Positions 10,947 through 19,405 of a DNA stretch of 36,910 nucleotides are shown piece after piece. How positions within the stretch are numbered: the stretch's first letter is position 1; the number at the start of each line of letters is the position of its first letter. The translations under genes were made by a program, and so were the position numbers. The stretch lies in contig JAHFRO010000020.1 of the NCBI GenBank assembly GCA_023266245.1, positions 1 through 36,910 on the forward strand, read 5' to 3'. The notes under the pieces were generated by a model that worked only from the letters and a program-made list of their open reading frames with translations, was not told the DNA's origin and made no database searches. The stretch comes from Betaproteobacteria bacterium (GTDB lineage: Bacteria > Pseudomonadota > Gammaproteobacteria > Burkholderiales > SG8-41).

Positions 10947-11785
10947 GCGGGCTCTACACCCGGCTCCCGCGATTGCGGGGGTTCCTTCAGGTCGCGGGTA
11001 ATCATCAGGTACCCGACTTGGGTGCCCGCAGCGCTGCGTAGCGGGACAATGGTGACGGTGGCGCGAAAGCGGTTGCCGCCCTTGCGCACCCGCGGCCCCT
11101 CCTCCTCCACCCGCCCCGCGAACCGGGCCATGTCCAGCAGCCGCTCGGGACGGCGGGCAAGGATTTCCTCCTTGGTGAAGAAGCGCGAGTAACTCTGACC
11201 GACGATCTCCGGATCGCTGTAACCGTGCAGCCGCTCCGCGCCCGGGTTCCAGTTCATCACCATGCCGTTGGCGTTGAGTGTGCAAACCGCATAGTCGCGA
11301 ATGGCATCGGTGATCAGGCGGAACCGCTCCTCGCACAGGTGCTGCGCATCCTTGAACCCTTCGAGGCGGCGGATTTCCGACCGCATCCATTCGTTCTCCT
11401 CCGTGGCGATCTTGAGCTGATCGACCTGTTCCTTCAGCGAGCCGACCATGAGGGCGATCAGCGGCGAGGCGATGATGATCACCATCATCTGGCGCCAGTC
11501 CATTTCGGAATAGCGGAATGGATAGACCGGATGCGAGAACAGGACAAACGAGCAGAACAGCACGATCGCCGCGCTCAACATCCCCGCCATGCCTCCCGCG
11601 AGGTAGGTCGAAACCGCCACCGTTAACAGCAAAAGCAGCCCGGGATCCTGGATCGCCCCCAGTTTGCGCCACAGCAGCCCCACCAGCATGATCGAGGTCA
11701 ACGTGATGACCCCCGCCGCAAGATGCGGTATCCAGTCCGGGGACTCGAACCCGAACACATCGGCCATTAATTCCCGCAGCCTCAT
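10943..11785 (-). CDS. Membrane sensor protein: DUF4118-like 4-TM domain + coiled coil + single PAS domain, no output domain
   Basis: ORF 10943..11845 trimmed to the ATG at 11785 (GGAG 7 nt upstream). The hydrophobic N-terminal half resembles the KdpD-type DUF4118 module. The PAS core 'RFRLITDAIRDYAVCTLNANGMVMNWNPGAERLHGYSDPEIVGQSYSRFF...RVRKGGNRFRATV' is of the type usually fused to HWE/HisKA2 kinases. The ORF ends 12 codons after the PAS domain. Confidence 0.75.
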   Translation of the reverse strand: MRLRELMADVFGFESPDWIPHLAAGVITLTSIMLVGLLWRKLGAIQDPGLLLLLTVAVSTYLAGGMAGMLSAAIVLFCSFVLFSHPVYPFRYSEMDWRQMMVIIIASPLIALMVGSLKEQVDQLKIATEENEWMRSEIRRLEGFKDAQHLCEERFRLITDAIRDYAVCTLNANGMVMNWNPGAERLHGYSDPEIVGQSYSRFFTKEEILARRPERLLDMARFAGRVEEEGPRVRKGGNRFRATVTIVPLRSAAGTQVGYLMITRDLKEPPQSREPGVEPA

Positions 11786-11943
11786 AGGCTTACTCCAAAG
11801 CATCGAGCGACGGAATTTCGTCGTAACCCGCGGATTTCCCGCCATTTCCAGGGGTTAACGACCGCTACCGCCCAAGCACAGATCTCTAGCGCAAGAATGA
11901 TGCCAAGTCATTCCTGCGCCGGCTGCCTAGGGAGCGCCATGCC

Positions 11944-12545
11944 TCAGTTGAAGGCTGATAGGCCGGTCTGGGAGCGGCCGAGAACCAGGGCGTAGATGTC
12001 GTGGGTGCCCTCGAGGGTGTTGACCGTTTCGAGGTTGAGGAGGTGGCGGATCACGTGGAATTCGTCGGAAATGCCGTTGCCGCCCAACATGTCGCGGGCC
12101 ATTCGAGCGACCTCCAGCGCTTTGCCGGTTGAGTTGCGCTTGAGCAGGGACACCGTTTCGGGGGTTGCTCTCCCCTGCTCCCGCAGGCGGCTCAAATGCA
12201 GGCAGGCGAGCAGCCCGACGCGCCTGGCAGCAGGTTTTCCTCCGGCACGCACACCTCGTCCATCACCACCTCGCCGGTCGGGCTCGCGCGCACCGAAAAC
12301 TTGCCCTCGATCTTGCGCGTGGCGAGCCCCTTCATCCCGCGTTCGAGAAGAAAACCGCGAATGACGCCCTCCTCGTCCTTCGCCCAGATTCGAAGTCATC
12401 GCGAGCGAGGTCTGCACGCTGCACGCGGAGCGAAACGCGGTGTCCACTCGATGACGCGCGGCATGAGTTTTTCCTGCGCATATGCGCGGGCGGTGTCACG
12501 GACTTTGTTGTTTTCGATTTTCCTTGGCGTCTTGGCGGCTCAACT
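11944..12545 (-). pseudogene. gcdH: Glutaryl-CoA dehydrogenase remnant with several large internal deletions and frameshifts
   Basis: Four collinear minus-strand fragments in different frames match successive parts of GcdH as I recall the family. Fragments: '[19 protein letters not shown]' (12503-12448); '[16 protein letters not shown]' (12447-~12398); '[55 protein letters not shown]' (12389-~12225); '[90 protein letters not shown]' (~12218-11944). Total is about 600 nt versus about 1.2 kb for an intact gene. Confidence 0.7.
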
Positions 12546-12547
12546 TT

Positions 12548-13750
12548 TCAGACACGCTCGAGAATTGCAGCCATGCCCTGCCCGCCGCCGATGCACAGGC
12601 TGACGAGAGCGTAGCGTCCGCCTGAGCGCTGCAGCTGCCGCGCGGCGGTGAGCGCGAGCCGCCCGCCGGATGCACCGAGCGGGTGGCCGACGGCGATCGC
12701 GCCGCCGTTCGGATTGACGCGGCTGTCGTCGAACGCGACGCCCAGCCCTTTCAGGCAGGCGAGCACCTGGGCGGCAAACGCCTCGTTGATCTCGATCACC
12801 TCCATGTCCTTGAGCGTAAGCCCCGCTCGTGCCAGCGCCTTTTTCGAAGCCGCGACGGGACCAATGCCCATGATACGCGGCGGCACGCCGGCGGCAGCGC
12901 TCGCGATCACGCGCGCAATCGGTTTCACGCCGGCTTTTACACCCGCTTCGCGCGAGGCGACGATCAAGGCCACCGCCCCATCGTTGACGCCCGAAGCGTT
13001 GCCGGCGGTGGTGACCCCTCCTTCATACAGCGGTCTCATCTTGGCGAGGGCTTCCAGATCGGTATGCGGGCGCGGATGCTCATCCTCGGCGACCGGCGGC
13101 ACCGGCCCCTTGCGGGTCGGGGGCAGTTCCACCGGCGAAATTTCGCCCGAGAAGAAGCCCTCGCCCTTGGCGATCGCATAGCGCTGCTGTGAGCGCAGCG
13201 CAAACTTGTCGGCTTCTTCGCGCTTGATGTCGTACTCGCGCGCCAGACTGTCGGCGGTCTGAGGCATCTGGTCGTCGCCGAACTGCTTGGTGAGCTTGAG
13301 GTTGGAAAAGCGCGGGCCGATCGTGCTGTCATAGAGCTTGACGTCACGACCGAATGCCGATTCCGATCTGCTCATCACCAGCGGCGAGCGGCTCATGCTC
13401 TCCACGCCGCCCACCAGGAACACGTCGCCCTCGCCCGCCGTGATGGCGTGCGCTGCGTGCACCAGCGCGCCCAGACCGCTCGCGCAGTTGCGCTGCAAAA
13501 CCGTGCCCGGGGTTTCGATCGGCAGCCCCGCAACGAGGCCGGCATGGCGCGCCACGCAACGGCTGTCTTCACCCGCCTGGTTGGCGCAGCCCACCACGAT
13601 GTCCTCGATCTGCTCCGACTTGAAAGCGGTCTTCTTCATCACCGCTTTCATCACCTCGGCGAGCAGATCGTCGGGGCGGACCCTGGCAAGCACGCCGGCA
13701 TGACGGCCGAACGGAGTGCGCAGTCCATCGTAGATATAAGCGTTGAGCAT
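12548..13750 (-). CDS. 3-ketoacyl-CoA thiolase (PcaF/PaaJ-like, 3-oxoadipyl-CoA thiolase type)
   Basis: 400-aa ORF. 'RTPFGR', 'CANQAGEDSR', active Cys 'RNCASGL', 'VTAGNASGVNDGA', 'NEAFAAQ', 'NPNGGAIAVGHPLGASG', 'CIGGGQG'. RBS AAGGAA upstream. Confidence 0.92.
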   Translation of the reverse strand: MLNAYIYDGLRTPFGRHAGVLARVRPDDLLAEVMKAVMKKTAFKSEQIEDIVVGCANQAGEDSRCVARHAGLVAGLPIETPGTVLQRNCASGLGALVHAAHAITAGEGDVFLVGGVESMSRSPLVMSRSESAFGRDVKLYDSTIGPRFSNLKLTKQFGDDQMPQTADSLAREYDIKREEADKFALRSQQRYAIAKGEGFFSGEISPVELPPTRKGPVPPVAEDEHPRPHTDLEALAKMRPLYEGGVTTAGNASGVNDGAVALIVASREAGVKAGVKPIARVIASAAAGVPPRIMGIGPVAASKKALARAGLTLKDMEVIEINEAFAAQVLACLKGLGVAFDDSRVNPNGGAIAVGHPLGASGGRLALTAARQLQRSGGRYALVSLCIGGGQGMAAILERV

Positions 13751-13797
13751 GGTGTGTTCCTTTGTCAGCAGGACATCGTCTGGTTGAAACTACATCG

Positions 13798-15327
13798 TCA
13801 GGGTTCCGGGGTCAGCAGCGAAACACCCAACTTGGCGCGCCGCGTGAGCCAGATGTTCGGCCGGTAACGCGGATCACCGTAAATACGATACATCGCAGAT
13901 AGCACCTTGTATACGCGCTCCGCTCCGAGCACATCGCCGAACTTGAACGGGCCGTTCGGATAGTTGAGTCCGAGTGTCACCGCCTGGTCGATGTCGGCCG
14001 GCTGCGCGGTGCGGCTCTGCGCGATCGAGCAGCCGATGTTGACGATCATGGCGACAATGCGCTGCGCGATGAAACCCGGGCTGTCGCGGCACACCGTGAC
14101 CGGCACACCGTCCGAGGCGAGCAGTCCGTGCGCTGCATCGCGCCAGGCGCGATCGGTCACCGGCGTGCCCATGAGGGTGCGGCGCTTGGCCATCGGGAAC
14201 AGGGTATCGACTGCGATGGTACGCTTCGGGTCGAGCCCCTGCTCCACCGCGCAGGAGGTGGCATCGTCGCCGACCGGCGTCACCAGGATGAGCGCCTTTG
14301 CGCTCGGCTTGGCGGCGATCTCGAGCCGCGCGCCGATCTTTTTGAGCAATTGAACCAGCGTGGCATAACCCTGCGATTCCGCAGGGCTCACCCAGACGCT
14401 TTCGGGCCGGGCAGCCGGTGCGGCAGGCTCCGCCGGCACGATCGGCTTCATCTCGGCATCGTATTCGTAGAAGCCGCGCTTGGTCTTGCGCCCCAGCACG
14501 CCCGCCTCGTAGCGGCTGCGCATGATCAGATTGGGTCGGTAGCGCGGCTCCTGGAAGAACTGGTTGTAGATGAGTTCCGAGGCGGGCTGCGTGACGTCGA
14601 GGCCGGTCAGCTCCATCAGCTCGAACGGCCCCATGCGAAAACCGCCGACGTCGCGCAGCACGCGGTCCACGTCCACGAATGTTGCAACCCCCTCCGACAC
14701 CAGGTGTGCCGCTTCCAGCGTGAAGCCGCGCCCGACCTGGTTGACGAGAAAACCGGGCGCATCGGTGAGGCGCACCGGCTCGCGCGTCATGCGCCTGCCG
14801 ATCACCATCAGCGCTTCGGAGACCCAGTTCCCGGTCTGCAGCCCGTCAATCACCTCGACCAGCCGCATCAGCGGCACCGGGTTGAAGAAGTGGAAGCCCG
14901 CAAAACGCCGCGGGGTTTTGAGCTTCGCCGCTATCGTGGTGACCGACAGCGATGACGTGTTGGTGGCGAGTATGCAATCAGGGGTGACGATGTCTTCCAG
15001 TTCCCCGAACAACTGACGCTTGGCTTCCAGGTTTTCCACGATGGCCTCGATCACCACGTGGCAGGGCTTGAACTCGGAGAGGCTGGCGACGATGGAGATT
15101 CTCTGCACTGCCGCTGCGGCATCATCCTTGCTCATGCCGCCTTTCTCCGCCGCACGCGTGAGCATCTTCTCGATGAAGTCCCGTGCCTCCTGCGCAGCGC
15201 CGGGACGGCTGTCCATCATCAATACCTTCATGCCGCCGGCGGCGGCGACCTGCACGATGCCGCGCCCCATGGCGCCGGTGCCGATCACGCCGACGGTAAG
15301 ATCGGTCCTGTTTGCGTCAATAGCCAT
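13798..15327 (-). CDS. 3-hydroxyacyl-CoA dehydrogenase, long PaaH-like form with duplicated C-terminal domain
   Basis: ORF 13798..15348 (TTG) trimmed to the ATG at 15327. NAD-binding 'VGVIGTGAMGRGI', 'TNTSSLS', 'HFFNPVPLMRLVE', 'DSPGFIAQRI'. Confidence 0.88.
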   Translation of the reverse strand: MAIDANRTDLTVGVIGTGAMGRGIVQVAAAGGMKVLMMDSRPGAAQEARDFIEKMLTRAAEKGGMSKDDAAAAVQRISIVASLSEFKPCHVVIEAIVENLEAKRQLFGELEDIVTPDCILATNTSSLSVTTIAAKLKTPRRFAGFHFFNPVPLMRLVEVIDGLQTGNWVSEALMVIGRRMTREPVRLTDAPGFLVNQVGRGFTLEAAHLVSEGVATFVDVDRVLRDVGGFRMGPFELMELTGLDVTQPASELIYNQFFQEPRYRPNLIMRSRYEAGVLGRKTKRGFYEYDAEMKPIVPAEPAAPAARPESVWVSPAESQGYATLVQLLKKIGARLEIAAKPSAKALILVTPVGDDATSCAVEQGLDPKRTIAVDTLFPMAKRRTLMGTPVTDRAWRDAAHGLLASDGVPVTVCRDSPGFIAQRIVAMIVNIGCSIAQSRTAQPADIDQAVTLGLNYPNGPFKFGDVLGAERVYKVLSAMYRIYGDPRYRPNIWLTRRAKLGVSLLTPEP

Positions 15328-15474
15328 GGAAACCTGTGCAGCTGGCAAGCATGTCGTTGAAGGAACTGTCTAAAGACGGGCGGCGACTCGCTGGCCGCCT
15401 CGAATTATTGTCAGTCGGAAGGACTACGGGCGCGATTATATTTTCCGCCCCTTGCGAGCGTCAATTCCCGAGAC

Positions 15475-15486
15475 TTCTCGCGAGAA
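15475..15486. promoter_or_regulatory. Perfect 12-bp palindrome TTCTCGCGAGAA in a divergent promoter region (candidate operator)
   Basis: Read directly at 15475-15486, in the 256-bp spacer between the divergently oriented 3-hydroxyacyl-CoA dehydrogenase and Bug-family genes. Confidence 0.3.
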
Positions 15487-15604
15487 CTCTTGGTTCGCTT
15501 CATCTATGCGTCTCGGTTTGGCTGGTCGCGCGTATGGCTGCTACCATAACCGTTAAAAGTGAGTCCGGGTGGCTTTGTGCACCCAGTAAGCGAGGAGCAA
15601 ACGC

Positions 15605-16573
15605 ATGATATCCCAAGCATTCGCCCTGCTGTTTGTCGTGCTGTGGGCCGGGTTTGCGAGCGTGGCACCCGCCCAGACCTATCCCGCCAAACCCATACGA
15701 CTGGTCGTGCCTTATCCTCCTGGCGGCGGTACCGACATCATCGCACGCATCGTCGGCCAAAAGCTGTCAGAGAACGTGGCCCAGCAGATCGTAATCGATA
15801 ATCGCGGCGGCGCTGCCGGCACGATAGGGACAGATATCGTAGCGAAGTCGCCCGCTGACGGGTACACGATATTGATGGCGCCAACCAGTCATGTGATCAA
15901 TCCCAGCATCTACAGCAAACTGCCTTACGACACGGTCAAGGATTTCGTGCCGATCACCCTCGCCGCGTCAGCGACAATCCTGCTGGTCGTGCACCCATCG
16001 GTGCCGGTCAAAAGCGTTCGCGAGTTGATCACGTTTGCCAAGGCTCGGCCCGGACAGCTTAACTTCGGCTCCGCCGGCAACGGCACCGTGTTTCATCTCA
16101 CCGGCGAGTTATTCAAGAGGCAGGGAGGGTTCGACATGGTGCACGTGCCATTCAAGGGCGGTGGTCCGACGATCGTTAATCTTGTCGCGGGACAGATCTC
16201 GCTCGCCTTTGAGACCATGCTGGCACTGCAGCCGTTCGTCAAAGCCGGCAGGGTGCGCGCCTTAGCTGTGGTCAGCGCCAAACGCTCTTCGGTGATGCCG
16301 GAACTGCCCACCATCGCCGAGCTTGGCTTCCCGGCAATCATCGCGGAAAACTGGTACGGTTTTTACGCGCCGGCCGGCACGCCGAAAGACGTTGTAAACA
16401 GGCTCAACAGCGAAATCGTCAAGATTCTACAAGCGCCCGATGTGAAAGAGCGTTTTCTCAGTCAGGGTACCGAAATCGTCGCCAGCACGCCTGACTACCT
16501 GGCGGAATTTATCAGGACAGAAATACTCAAATGGGGCAAGACCGCCAAGGAAGCAGGCGCGCGAGTGGACTAG
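15605..16573 (+). CDS. Tripartite tricarboxylate transporter substrate-binding protein (Bug/TctC family)
   Basis: 322-aa ORF with a signal peptide then 'YPAKPIRLVVPYPPGGGTDIIAR'. 'NRGGAAG', 'FGSAGNGT..HL' and 'VPFKGGGP' are hallmarks of the Bug family. RBS GAGGAG. Confidence 0.88.
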   Translation: MISQAFALLFVVLWAGFASVAPAQTYPAKPIRLVVPYPPGGGTDIIARIVGQKLSENVAQQIVIDNRGGAAGTIGTDIVAKSPADGYTILMAPTSHVINPSIYSKLPYDTVKDFVPITLAASATILLVVHPSVPVKSVRELITFAKARPGQLNFGSAGNGTVFHLTGELFKRQGGFDMVHVPFKGGGPTIVNLVAGQISLAFETMLALQPFVKAGRVRALAVVSAKRSSVMPELPTIAELGFPAIIAENWYGFYAPAGTPKDVVNRLNSEIVKILQAPDVKERFLSQGTEIVASTPDYLAEFIRTEILKWGKTAKEAGARVD

Positions 16574-16614
16574 CAAGGGATTAATCGGCTTAACGCACTT
16601 TTTGGAGACAGAAA

Positions 16615-17391
16615 ATGGCAGTCGTGAGACCAAAGCAGGCATATCACGAACGTACCGCACGGCAAATGGAAAAACACTTGCCGACGCCGGAATGGAGTTT
16701 ACGGCAAAAGTTGGCATTAACGTGCCGGATACTCGCCGACGAAGAACACGAATCGGCCCTGGCGGGTCAAATCACCGCTCGCGCTGACAAGCCCGGGACC
16801 TACTGGATGTTGAGTTTCGGTCTTGGTTTCGACGAAGCCCAGGCCAGCAATATCGTGCTGTGCGATGACGATCTCAATCTGCTCGAAGGCAATGGGATGG
16901 TGAATCCGTCGAACCGCTTCCATCTGTGGATTTACCGTCACCGTCCAGAGGTCAACACCATTGTCCACACTCACCCGCCTTACTGCTCGGCGCTCTCCTT
17001 GCTTGGCGAAGAGTTGATCGCGGCGCACATGGACACCTCGATGTTTTACGATGACTGCGCCTTCCTTCCCGATTGGCCCGGTGTACCCATTGGCGACGAG
17101 GAAGGGGAAATCATCCTCAAGGCGCTCGGTAATAAACGAGCCATTCTGCTCGCGCATCACGGACAGCTGGTTGCTTGCAAGACCGTTGAAGAAGCGGCGG
17201 TGCTGGCGGTCTTCATCGAGCGCGCCGCAAAAATGCAGATTATGGCGCGCGCCATTGGGCCAATCAAGAAAATCAAGCCCGAACTGGCTAAGGAGGCGCA
17301 CGATTACCGGCTTAAGCCCAAAGCGATCGGTGCGACGTATCACTACTTTGCGCGGCGGGTGTTGCGCAAAAGCACCGAAGTTCTGGAATAA
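16615..17391 (+). CDS. Class II aldolase/adducin-domain protein
   Basis: 258-aa ORF. 'IVHTHPPYCSALS' and 'AILLAHHGQLV' metal/His motifs of the class II aldolase fold. RBS GGAGA. Confidence 0.8.
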   Translation: MAVVRPKQAYHERTARQMEKHLPTPEWSLRQKLALTCRILADEEHESALAGQITARADKPGTYWMLSFGLGFDEAQASNIVLCDDDLNLLEGNGMVNPSNRFHLWIYRHRPEVNTIVHTHPPYCSALSLLGEELIAAHMDTSMFYDDCAFLPDWPGVPIGDEEGEIILKALGNKRAILLAHHGQLVACKTVEEAAVLAVFIERAAKMQIMARAIGPIKKIKPELAKEAHDYRLKPKAIGATYHYFARRVLRKSTEVLE

Positions 17392-18207
17392 CTAGCGGCC
17401 TTTGAACTGAGGCTTGCGCTTCTCCATGAAGGCGGTGCGACCTTCTTTGTAGTCCTTGCTCGTGAAACACGCGTCGACCAGCTTCTGTGCCAGCTCGAGA
17501 TTGCGTTCGTCCGGGTCCTTGTGCCATTCGATGATGTTGCGCTTGATCGAAGCGAGCGTGAGCGGCGCGCTGCCGGCTATCGTGTTCGCGTACTCCATCG
17601 TGTAGCGCTCGAGCTCGGCGAGCGGCACCACGCGGTTGACGAGTCCCATCTGCAACGCTTCCTGGGCGTTGAACTGCCGTGCGGTGTAGAAAATCTCGGC
17701 GGTGAATGAAGGCCCGACGAGGTCAATCAGGCGCTTCACGCCGATGAAGCGGTAACCCAGGCCGAGTTTCCCGGCCGGTATCGCATAACGGGTATCGTCC
17801 GCTACGATCCGGATGTCGCACGCGATGGCGACCGCGACGCCACCGCCGATGCAGTAGCCGCGGATCATAGCGAGGGTGGGCTTGGGAAACTCCTGCAGCG
17901 CCTTGTTGGCGCGGTCGGCGGCGGCGTTGTATTCGAGCACCGAAGCGGTGCTCGAGCGCTTCTCGCCGAATTGTGAAATATCCGCGCCGGAAATGAACGC
18001 CTTCTCTCCCTCCCCTTTCAGGATGACGATGCGTACCTCATCGTCTTTGGCGAACTGATCCAGCACCACCGGCAGCGCCTGCCACATCTCGAACGAAACC
18101 GCATTGAGCTTTTGCGGTTGATTGAACACGATCCAGCCGATCGCGCCTTCCTTGCGTGCGAGCAGCTGGTCGGTAAGCGTCTGGATGGCGGCTCCCGGAT
18201 GATTCAT
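17392..18207 (-). CDS. Enoyl-CoA hydratase/isomerase (crotonase) family protein
   Basis: 271-aa ORF. 'KLNAVS', 'VILKGEGEKAFISGADI' and 'IRGYCIGGGVAVA' oxyanion-hole motifs. Its stop codon directly abuts the stop of the convergent aldolase gene (TAA 17389-17391 / CTA 17392-17394). Confidence 0.88.
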   Translation of the reverse strand: MNHPGAAIQTLTDQLLARKEGAIGWIVFNQPQKLNAVSFEMWQALPVVLDQFAKDDEVRIVILKGEGEKAFISGADISQFGEKRSSTASVLEYNAAADRANKALQEFPKPTLAMIRGYCIGGGVAVAIACDIRIVADDTRYAIPAGKLGLGYRFIGVKRLIDLVGPSFTAEIFYTARQFNAQEALQMGLVNRVVPLAELERYTMEYANTIAGSAPLTLASIKRNIIEWHKDPDERNLELAQKLVDACFTSKDYKEGRTAFMEKRKPQFKGR

Positions 18208-18414
18208 GTTGCGTGTTGAAATTCAATGATGGAGGATGTAGTTTAGCTTATCCATGAAAAAGTCATCCTGACCGCCAACATCCGCATCGAATGACTCACG
18301 CGCCCGCGTCGCAGCGCCGGCGTACGTATCAGCGCTGCGCGGTTATGCCGGGCATAATTGTCCAGGCTGAACGCCTGGGCCCGATCATCCCGCGTACGAG
18401 CATCGGGCGCGGCG

Positions 18415-18861
18415 TCAGCGCACCACCAGCACCGGCACCTTGGAATGCGTGAGTACCTTGGCGGTCTCACTGCCGAGCAGCAGACTCGACAGGCCGCGGC
18501 GGCCGTGGGAAGCCATCATGATGAGATCGCACTTTTTCCTCCGGGCGGCGGCGATAATCTGCTGATAGGGCAGATCGCTCGCCACGCTCATCGTGGCGCA
18601 TCGCACTCCGCGCGCCTTGGCCTGACGCGCGATCTCATCCAGCATGTTCTGCGCCCGCTTGTGCGCCTCCTCTTCGAAGCGCTTCTTCAGCGCGGGGCTG
18701 AGCGGCACGATGCTCTCGTCCGGGACAACCCTGAATTCAGGCACGACGTGAATCGCCGTCACACGCGCCCTGATCTTCTTGGCAAACTCGATGCCGCGCT
18801 TAACCGCCTTGTTGGAAAGTCTGGAGCCGTCAGAAGGTAACAGAATGTGCTTGAACATCAT
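18415..18861 (-). CDS. Universal stress protein (UspA family)
   Basis: 148-aa ORF. 'ILLPSDGS', 'DLIMMASHGRRGLSSLLLGSETAKVLTHSKVPVLVV' ATP-binding G-x2-G-x9-G(S/T) motif. RBS GGAGG. Confidence 0.85.
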   Translation of the reverse strand: MMFKHILLPSDGSRLSNKAVKRGIEFAKKIRARVTAIHVVPEFRVVPDESIVPLSPALKKRFEEEAHKRAQNMLDEIARQAKARGVRCATMSVASDLPYQQIIAAARRKKCDLIMMASHGRRGLSSLLLGSETAKVLTHSKVPVLVVR

Positions 18862-18955
18862 GCCTCCGCATGGATTGTTGGCAGTCGCTTGACACTGGGA
18901 AAATTACTACGTTGCCGCTGCCGTGCCGCTGCGGCGGATATCAGCTTAGAGGCTC

Positions 18956-19405
18956 TTAGTGTGTCTTACCCACGCGATGGGTGGGGATGGGAAGCGCGAC
19001 CACTTCGATGCCTTCTTCTTTAAGCTCCTCGACCTCTTCCCGCGACGCCGTGCCGCGGATCCTGCGATCCGGTGCCTCGCGGTAATGGATCTTGCGCGCT
19101 TCCTCCGGGAACTCCGCGCCGACGTCTTCGGTGTTCTCGATGATGTGCTCGATGAGCCTGGTCAGCACTTCTCTGCCCACGTTGGCGTACTGTTGCGACG
19201 TAACCGCCGTCGCTTCGGCGCGCGGAGCGCGGTCGCTGCCGCCGGTCTTGATGTAGGCGGCATGCGGCAGGCGCACGACATTGGCATTACCGCACAGCGG
19301 ACATGAAATGAGTTTCCGCCCGAGTTGGCGCTCGAAGTCATCGCTCGAGGCAAACCAGCCCTCGAAACGATGATTGTTTCCGCACCCAAGATCGAAGACG
19401 ATCAC
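18956..19405 (-). CDS. DUF1178 family protein
   Basis: ORF 18956..19510 trimmed to the GTG at 19405 (GAGGA 5 nt upstream). This gives 'VIVFDLGCGNNHRFEGWFASSDDFERQ...ISCPLCG', the typical DUF1178 N-terminus, and about 149 aa. Confidence 0.7.
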   Translation of the reverse strand: MIVFDLGCGNNHRFEGWFASSDDFERQLGRKLISCPLCGNANVVRLPHAAYIKTGGSDRAPRAEATAVTSQQYANVGREVLTRLIEHIIENTEDVGAEFPEEARKIHYREAPDRRIRGTASREEVEELKEEGIEVVALPIPTHRVGKTH

